NCBI GenBank assembly: GCA_040767805.1
Contig: JAXGNU010000001.1
Coordinates: 64,001 to 128,000 of the forward strand
DNA: 64,000 nt
Origin: Thermovirgaceae bacterium
GTDB lineage: Bacteria; Synergistota; Synergistia; Synergistales; Thermovirgaceae
Direction: 5' to 3'
Position numbers and translations under genes: made by a program. The notes beneath the pieces are model-generated. The model was not told the DNA's origin and did not search any database. It saw only the letters and a program-made list of their open reading frames with translations. Positions 57,698 to 64,000 of this stretch are shown piece after piece. How positions within the stretch are numbered: position 1 is the stretch's first letter; every line of letters begins with the position of its first letter.

Positions 57698-59683
57698 CTA
57701 GGCTGTTTTCGTCATCAATGCCTCTTTCTTTGATCGAGCCGTCTGGAAGAAATGCACGAAAAGCAGCACGGCCAGCCCAATGGAGTCCGATCTTATCCCC
57801 GGCACCAGGAGTCCGAGGGCCCCCCCCATGGCCAGGACCCTGACCCAGAAGGGCATCCTGGTCTTGTAAAAACCGATGGTGCCCATGCCAAGGAGGAACA
57901 CTCCCAGCAACGCGGTGCCTATGGACATGATAAAAGGAAGGGCCTCAAAGTCAACAAGGACGAGCATGGGGTTGAAGACATAGATGTAGGGCACAAGGAA
58001 ACCCGCCAAGGCCAGTTTTATGGCGGTCCAACCCGTCTTCATCGGGTCCGCCCCCGCGATACCCGCCCCGGCATAGGCGGCCAAAGCTACCGGCGGGCTC
58101 AGGTCAGCGGCGATCCCGAAATAAAGCACGAACATGTAGGCCGCCATTGGGGCCACGCCCAACTGCAGCAGGGCCGGTGCGGCCATCGTGCTTGTGACTA
58201 TGAAGTTGGCCGTCGTCGGGAGCCCAGCGCCGAGCAGGATGCAGGCCACCATGGTCAACAGCAGCGAGACGATCAGTATCCCCCCGGAGAGGGTGATGAT
58301 GGCGCTGGCGATGCGAAGCCCCAATCCGGTCAGGGTGGCGGTCCCCACCACTATCCCCACGGTCCCGCAGGCGCAGGCCACTCCCAGGGCTCCCCTCGCC
58401 CCTGAATCCAAGGCCTCGATGAGCTTGGGGATGGTAACCCTGGTCTCCTTGTTCAGAAAGGACACGACCAGGGTTGCGATAATGCCGTAGTAGGCAGCCT
58501 TCAAGGGGGTATAACCGGCGAGAAGGAAATAGATTATCGCGCCAAGGGGTATCAAGAGGTGCCCCTTCTTTTTCAGCAGGGGCAGCACCTTGGGCAGTCT
58601 TTCCCGGGGAAGTCCTCTCAAACCCAGCCGGGTCGCTTCAATGTGAACCTGCACCATGACCGCGAAATAATAAAGCAACGCGGGGACGACGGCCGCGAGG
58701 GCCACCTGGATATAGGGTATACCGAGGAACTCCGCCATGATGAACGCCGCCGCTCCCATGACGGGTGGCATGATCTGCCCCCCGGTGGAGGCGACGGCCT
58801 CAACGGCCCCGGCAAAGTAAGGTTCGTAGCCGACGCTTTTCATGAGGGGGATGGTGAACATCCCCGTGGTACAAACGTTTGCCACCGACGAACCCGAAAC
58901 GGTACCCATCAACCCCGAACTCAAAACGGCCACCTTCGCCGGCCCCCCGGTAGAACCCCCCGCCAGGGCCATGGAAAGGTCTATGATGAAACGCCCCATA
59001 CCCGTCTGCTCCAGGAAGGAGCCGAAAAGGATGAACATGAAGACGAAGGTCGAGGAAACACCCAGGGGTGTCCCAAACACCCCCTCGGTACCCATGTACA
59101 TGTGGTTGATGATCCTCGTTATATTGAACCCCCTGTGAGCGAAAAGGGAAGGGAAGTGCCTGCCGAAGTAGCAGTAAAAGAGAAAAAATATGGCGATACC
59201 GGGCAGCACGGGGTTGGAAACCCTCCTGGTGGCCTCCAGCAAAAGAAGGATGCCCAGCAAACCCACGGTTATATCCATCGTCGTCGGGAGCCCGGCCCTC
59301 ATCACGATTTCGTTGAAATAGATCACATGGTAAAAGACGACGTAAGCGGCGACGCCGCCCAGGACATAATCGTACCAGGGGACGGAATCCTTGCGCGCTT
59401 TTTCCGAAACGGGGTAGAGCATGTAGACCATGAAAAGGACAAGGGCGAGGTGAACCGCCCTTTGCTTGATCGCCAGTAGAAGCCCGAACCCCGAGGTGTA
59501 AAAGTGGAAAATGGACAGGGCGACGGCCACCAGCAGGACCAGTTTTGCTTCCCACCCCGAAAGGACCCTGGTCCTCGCCTCGGTGTCGAAGCGCCTCCTG
59601 AGCTCGTCAAGGTCGATCTGTTCTTCTACCGTCCCGATGCTGTCCTGTTTGCCCTGGTCGGTCTCTTCGGTCTTATCGGTCAA
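57698..59683 (-). CDS. TRAP transporter fused permease (4TM/12TM, TAXI-type)
   Basis: Many TM helices; GGPAKVAV, SGSSVAN, ASTGGQIMPPVMGAAAF, GLPTTA, SPPVA. Confidence 0.93.
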   Translation of the reverse strand: MTDKTEETDQGKQDSIGTVEEQIDLDELRRRFDTEARTRVLSGWEAKLVLLVAVALSIFHFYTSGFGLLLAIKQRAVHLALVLFMVYMLYPVSEKARKDSVPWYDYVLGGVAAYVVFYHVIYFNEIVMRAGLPTTMDITVGLLGILLLLEATRRVSNPVLPGIAIFFLFYCYFGRHFPSLFAHRGFNITRIINHMYMGTEGVFGTPLGVSSTFVFMFILFGSFLEQTGMGRFIIDLSMALAGGSTGGPAKVAVLSSGLMGTVSGSSVANVCTTGMFTIPLMKSVGYEPYFAGAVEAVASTGGQIMPPVMGAAAFIMAEFLGIPYIQVALAAVVPALLYYFAVMVQVHIEATRLGLRGLPRERLPKVLPLLKKKGHLLIPLGAIIYFLLAGYTPLKAAYYGIIATLVVSFLNKETRVTIPKLIEALDSGARGALGVACACGTVGIVVGTATLTGLGLRIASAIITLSGGILIVSLLLTMVACILLGAGLPTTANFIVTSTMAAPALLQLGVAPMAAYMFVLYFGIAADLSPPVALAAYAGAGIAGADPMKTGWTAIKLALAGFLVPYIYVFNPMLVLVDFEALPFIMSIGTALLGVFLLGMGTIGFYKTRMPFWVRVLAMGGALGLLVPGIRSDSIGLAVLLFVHFFQTARSKKEALMTKTA

Positions 59684-59779
59684 AAGGATCCCTCCCTGTC
59701 GCGGATATAGCGGTCTATTACTCGAAAAGGGGCCTTAGGTCAAAGAATCAGGTCGATTCTACCACACCCTCATGGCGCG

Positions 59780-60298
59780 TCACAGGTGCCGGGCCTTTGA
59801 AAACGCCTCCCAAAGAGGCCTGGTCCCTATGGAAAATTCCATCCTTTGGGACGGGAAAAACCTGAAGAGTTCATGAGATACGGGAGATCTCCCGGGCAAC
59901 AGGAGGATGTTCCTGCCGAGCCTTTCGTCGCCTACTCTGTAGTAAAACCTGCCCCAACGGTTTCTTCCACCCCGGAACCGGAACCATTCACCGTCGGAGA
60001 CGAGCCGGCCGTTCCTTGGCGTCACTACCGGCAGCCCGGCGTTATGGGAGACCACCCGCTCCTCCCATGCCCAGATCATTCCGCCAACCACCCTGTAATC
60101 GTCCTCAACGGGCGTTTTTTCGACGGAGTGGATGTACCTCGTCGTGAAGGGGAATCCCACCGGCATGGGGCTTGAAAGCAGGACCCCTTCACCGCTGGAG
60201 ATCTCAAGGTTCCATACAGGGGCGCAGGCCATGAACAGGGCTGCGGATAATAACATCGTCGCGAAGGTGCGGATCCTGATCTTCATCACCTGCCGCAT
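59780..60298 (-). CDS. DUF1850-family protein (TAXI-TRAP associated)
   Basis: N-terminal hydrophobic segment, YIHSVEKTPVEDDY, SHNAGLP; adjacent to the TRAP permease. Confidence 0.82.
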   Translation of the reverse strand: MRQVMKIRIRTFATMLLSAALFMACAPVWNLEISSGEGVLLSSPMPVGFPFTTRYIHSVEKTPVEDDYRVVGGMIWAWEERVVSHNAGLPVVTPRNGRLVSDGEWFRFRGGRNRWGRFYYRVGDERLGRNILLLPGRSPVSHELFRFFPSQRMEFSIGTRPLWEAFSKARHL

Positions 60299-60316
60299 GG
60301 TCGGGGGGTGAGGGTT

Positions 60317-60979
60317 TCAATCGACGGTCCCTTCCAGGAGGGAGACGAAACGGCAGTACTCCCCCCATTCATCCCTGAAACGCGTCCCTTCCTTGATCCT
60401 CGTCAGGAGCCGTTCTGTCCCGTCCGGGAAACCCAGCGGGAGGACAAGTCTCGCGTTCAGGGCGCATTGCTCCATCAGGGCCGAAGGGACTGAAGGGGCG
60501 ACTGCCGTCACAATGATACGGTCAAAAGGGGCTTCTTCGGGAAGGCCGAGCCTTCCATCCCCGTGATGGACCTTGACCGGGAAGCCCAGTTCCTCGAGGA
60601 GAAGGGAGGCGGACCTTGCCAAGGAGGCTATCCTCTCCATGGAGTGGACGTCGGCGCCCATCCTGGCGAGGATGGCCGCCTGGTACCCGGACCCGGTACC
60701 TATTTCAAGGACCTTCATCCCGGCACCGACCTCAAGCCGGGACGTCATCAAGGCAACCATGTAGGGTTGGGATATGGTCTGGCCGTTTCCCAGGGGGAGG
60801 GGGTTATCATCGTAAGCCCATTTCCTGAGCCCTTCGGGGACGAAAAGGTGGCGCGGGACGCTCCTGAACGCTTCAAGGATCCTCTCGTCCCTGATACCCC
60901 TGGCCTCGATCTGGGAAAGGACCATCCTTTCCGCCCTGGCTTCCCAGTCCTCCAAGGAGCCCACCTCGAGACCTGTCAA
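60317..60979 (-). CDS. pcm: Protein-L-isoaspartate O-methyltransferase
   Basis: VPRHLF, QTISQPYMV, LEIGTGSGYQAA, PFDRI. Confidence 0.95.
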   Translation of the reverse strand: MTGLEVGSLEDWEARAERMVLSQIEARGIRDERILEAFRSVPRHLFVPEGLRKWAYDDNPLPLGNGQTISQPYMVALMTSRLEVGAGMKVLEIGTGSGYQAAILARMGADVHSMERIASLARSASLLLEELGFPVKVHHGDGRLGLPEEAPFDRIIVTAVAPSVPSALMEQCALNARLVLPLGFPDGTERLLTRIKEGTRFRDEWGEYCRFVSLLEGTVD

Positions 60980-61028
60980 GGTTTTTTCAAAAAAGAGCCT
61001 TCCCTGCTCTCCAGGGACGAAAAAAGGC

Positions 61029-61104
61029 TGGCGGGCCTGAGGCGATTCGAACGCCTGACCTACGGCTTAGGAGGCCGTTGCTCTATCCTCTGAGCTACAG
61101 GCCC
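61029..61104 (-). tRNA. tRNA-Arg(CCT)
   Basis: Anticodon loop CTCCTAA, CCA end. Confidence 0.94.
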
Positions 61105-61187
61105 GTCGCTGAACGTCCGTAATATTATCATGGTATCATCCCAACTTCAATGCCGGCCCCGGGGAGCCAGGGAGCAAACCCAGGGCG

Positions 61188-62108
61188 TCAGGAACCGCAG
61201 CAGGCCATGAATCTTTTTGTCCCTTCGCGCGTTCCTTCCCATTGGGTCAAGGTATCCTTCACGTCGGTCTTCATCTGTTCCACCAGCAGGGAGACGGCGG
61301 GGAAGGCCTTTTCCATCCTGAGCCTCCGGAAAAGGAAAAGCGAAACCTCTCTTCCGTAGAGTTCGCCCCTGAAGCCGGGGATATAGGCCTCGCACCTGAG
61401 CCTTTCCTCGCCGGGGAAGGTGGGGTTCAGCCCGATGTTGACGGCGGCGGGGAGCGCATCCTTCCCGAAAGCGACCCCCCCGGCGTAAACGCCCCTGGCC
61501 GGTATTACTTTTATCCCCGGGAGTGAAAGGTTTATCGTCGGGAAGCCGATAGTTCTGCCCCTTCCGTCACCGCGGACGATAAGACCCCTGATCATGAAGG
61601 GGTGCCCGAGGTCGGCGGAGGCCCGGGGCAGGTCACCCCTGATGACGCGCTCTCTGATGTAACTGCTCCCGATCTTTCTCCCGGAAGGGGTGGCCACGGG
61701 GGGGACGATCTCGACCTCCCACCCCCGCCGGGAAGCGAGCTCTTTCAAAAGTACGGCGCCGCCCCGCCGATCCCTGCCGAAACGGAAGTCCTCCCCGACG
61801 ACGAGACCCCTGATGAAAAGCCTGTCCTCCAAGAACCCCAGGAAGTCATCGGGTTCCATCCCGGCCAGGTCCTTTGAAAAGTCCAGCCTGACGATTTCTG
61901 GAATCCCCAGGCATTTACCGAGGATGTCCTTTTCCGGCTCGGTAAAAAGGGGCAAAAAAGTTTTTTGGCCGAGAACAAGCTGTGGGTGAGGAAAAAAGGT
62001 CACGACGCACCAGGAATCGGACATGACCCGCGAAAGGTTTTCCGCGGCTTCGAAGAGCTTCCTGTGCCCAAGGTGGAAACCGTCAAAGGATCCAACCACG
62101 GCTATCAT
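61188..62108 (-). CDS. ribF: Bifunctional riboflavin kinase / FAD synthetase
   Basis: GSFDGFHLGH, VGEDFRFG, GRTIGFPTIN, NIGLNPT. Confidence 0.95.
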   Translation of the reverse strand: MIAVVGSFDGFHLGHRKLFEAAENLSRVMSDSWCVVTFFPHPQLVLGQKTFLPLFTEPEKDILGKCLGIPEIVRLDFSKDLAGMEPDDFLGFLEDRLFIRGLVVGEDFRFGRDRRGGAVLLKELASRRGWEVEIVPPVATPSGRKIGSSYIRERVIRGDLPRASADLGHPFMIRGLIVRGDGRGRTIGFPTINLSLPGIKVIPARGVYAGGVAFGKDALPAAVNIGLNPTFPGEERLRCEAYIPGFRGELYGREVSLFLFRRLRMEKAFPAVSLLVEQMKTDVKDTLTQWEGTREGTKRFMACCGS

Positions 62109-62111
62109 CGG

Positions 62112-63035
62112 TTACGGACCTTCCAGGATTATATTGGTGACGGGCCTGGCCAGGCAGGCGCCGTCTTCATGCACGACGCGGGCAAAGGACACCACGCCCT
62201 TCCCGAAGATCAGGACGTACCCTCCGGTTCCGTGTTCGCCCCAGCCCCTTCGGGCCAGTTTCCCCAACGGCAGGGGGCTGCCTGAAACGATCATCTCCTC
62301 CTCGGCGAGGGAGGCCTGGTAGGAGGTAAAACTGCCGGAAAGAGATGAAAAGGGCAGAATCTTCCCCTCGAGGGAGGAAGCGTCCGCCGTGGCCAGGTAG
62401 CCGCTGGGAAGCGCTTCGGACGCGGCGAAAGGCCCAAGGGATTCCCTCCGGAGGCTTAAAACGGCAGCGCCGCATCCCAGGGTTTCGCCTAGGTCCCTTA
62501 CGATGCTCCTGACGTAGGTGCCCTGTCGGCAGACCATCCTCAAGGGCACGTCCCGCCCTGCCTTTATGGGCCCCGTCCTCTCGAGAAAGGTTACCAGCAC
62601 CGGCCGAGCGGCAAGCCGCACATCCAGGCCCTCCCTTGCCAGGGCATGGGCCCTCCTGCCCTTGACCTTGACGGCCGAGAAGACCGGCGGTGTCTGGTCC
62701 CGGTACCCGTAAAGGGAGAACAGGGCCCTGTCGATGCTTTCCTCGTCGACCTCTCCGGGGTCCTCCTCTGATGCCACCTTGCCGGAAAGGTCGTCCGTGT
62801 CCGTCCTTACCCCGAGACGAGCGACGGCGAGGTAGGTCTTCGGCAGCATCATCACGAAACGGGACGCCCTGGTAGCTCTCCCGATCAGCAGGACGAGGAC
62901 ACCGGAAGCCGACTGGTCCAGGGTCCCCCCGTGGCCGACCCGCACTTTTCCGCCCAGGACCCTCTTCACCCGGGTCACGCATTGGGAACTCCTGGTGCCC
63001 GGAGCCTTGTCAATGACCAGAAAGCCCGATCTCAT
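62112..63035 (-). CDS. truB: tRNA pseudouridine(55) synthase
   Basis: IDK.PG, GHGGTLD, TDTDD, PPVFSAVK, GTYVRS; ATG at 63035. Confidence 0.93.
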   Translation of the reverse strand: MRSGFLVIDKAPGTRSSQCVTRVKRVLGGKVRVGHGGTLDQSASGVLVLLIGRATRASRFVMMLPKTYLAVARLGVRTDTDDLSGKVASEEDPGEVDEESIDRALFSLYGYRDQTPPVFSAVKVKGRRAHALAREGLDVRLAARPVLVTFLERTGPIKAGRDVPLRMVCRQGTYVRSIVRDLGETLGCGAAVLSLRRESLGPFAASEALPSGYLATADASSLEGKILPFSSLSGSFTSYQASLAEEEMIVSGSPLPLGKLARRGWGEHGTGGYVLIFGKGVVSFARVVHEDGACLARPVTNIILEGP

Positions 63036-63999
63036 CCAGATCCCCCAGCCTCGTGACAAAGGCCTCGAGCGACCTTTCCGGGTTGTCCTCCATCTTGCAC
63101 CCCGAGGCCCGCTCATGGCCGCCGCCGCCCCACAGGGCTGCTATCTCCCTGGCGTTAACGGGCTCCTTCGTACGGATGCTGACGCGGCAGGTTCCCTCCT
63201 CTTCCTGGAAAAGGGCGGCGACGGTCACACCCTTGACGGAAAGAAGCGCGTTGACCAGGTTCTCCGTGTCGTCCCTAGATGCCCCCAAGGCGGACAGGTC
63301 TTCCTTCGCCAGGTAGGTGGCGCAGACCCTGCCGTCAAGGTGAAGGGTGGCCCTTGAAAGTCCCCGGCCCCAAAGATGGAGTCCCTCGAGGGAACGGTTT
63401 TCATAAACCTCCTGGTAGAGCCGGTGAGGTTCGGCCCCCTTCGCTACCAGGTAGGCGGCGACCCTCAAGGTCCTCTCGTCGGTCGAGGCGAACCGGAAAA
63501 AACCCGTATCGGTAGCGATGGCCGTGAGGAGCGACCCTGCCGTTTCCACGGTGATACCCCACCGCGCCGCGATGAAAAGGTCATAGACCATCAAACCGAC
63601 CGAGGAAGCCCGGTCGTCCACCCAGTTAAGGGTACCGAACCTGGTATTGTCCCCGTGGTGATCGATATTAAGGACGATAGCCCTGTCCCCCGGGGATGGA
63701 AGCCCCCCGAGCGTCCTATCGGGGTTGCTCGTGTCCGTCACGATCACGGCCAAGTCCTCTGAAGGCAACCTGCTTTCAAGGGATCCCGCCGCGATGTACC
63801 TTTCATGGAAGGGCAAGAACCGGTAAGCCCGCGGGAAGGGGTCGGGGCCGAACCAAGAGCACTTCTTCCCTAGGGAGACACCTTGAAAGAAAAAGGCGCT
63901 CCCGCAACCCAGCGTATCACCGTCGGGCTTCTCGTGGGCCACGATGACCCACTCTGGGACCCTTTCAAGGATATCGATCATTCGCCGGAGGTCCTTCAA
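63010..63999 (-). CDS. nrnA: DHH/DHHA1 phosphoesterase (NrnA-like); start at the window edge
   Basis: HEKPDGD, IDHH, TDTGFF, VSIRT, GGGGHERASG; nrnA-truB-ribF synteny. Confidence 0.9.
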   Translation of the reverse strand: MKDLRRMIDILERVPEWVIVAHEKPDGDTLGCGSAFFFQGVSLGKKCSWFGPDPFPRAYRFLPFHERYIAAGSLESRLPSEDLAVIVTDTSNPDRTLGGLPSPGDRAIVLNIDHHGDNTRFGTLNWVDDRASSVGLMVYDLFIAARWGITVETAGSLLTAIATDTGFFRFASTDERTLRVAAYLVAKGAEPHRLYQEVYENRSLEGLHLWGRGLSRATLHLDGRVCATYLAKEDLSALGASRDDTENLVNALLSVKGVTVAALFQEEEGTCRVSIRTKEPVNAREIAALWGGGGHERASGCKMEDNPERSLEAFVTRLGDLDEIGLSGH

Positions 64000-64000
64000 G

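Noticed and set aside
61150..61205. ribF ending CCGS-TGA as possible Sec read-through
   Set aside because: No clean SECIS-like hairpin at suitable spacing, and RibF is already complete

Overview
GC-rich bacterial chromosome segment of housekeeping and amino-acid-fermentation genes, almost all on the minus strand. Gene content and order suggest an anaerobic amino-acid fermenter, probably Synergistota (inference only). Contents, in order along the window: the end of rpmB; thiN, ftsK, tldD, mltG; a histidine-utilisation cluster (hutH, formiminotransferase, hutI, cyclodeaminase); the AmmeMemoRadiSam trio with a divergent winged-helix gene; nadE-yebC-ruvCAB-spoIID-like-queA; a nitrilase-family gene back-to-back with nikR; an arginine/polyamine cluster (pyruvoyl arginine decarboxylase, speE, speB, arcA, OTCase); uppS-cdsA-dxr-rseP-ispG; envelope genes; an RpiB-Upp fusion; valS-folC; tig-clpP-clpX-lon (frameshifted)-engB; a 9-tRNA cluster; rqcH; ileS-rluD; a TRAP permease; pcm; tRNA-Arg; nrnA-truB-ribF. 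I found no integrase, transposase, prophage or CRISPR array. The most striking signal is an ORF absent from the supplied track: a zinc-ribbon microprotein (20741->20571) with an in-frame UGA followed, at SECIS-like spacing, by a perfect GGUC-loop hairpin. It is a candidate selenoprotein lying directly behind arcA-OTCase and convergent with nikR.
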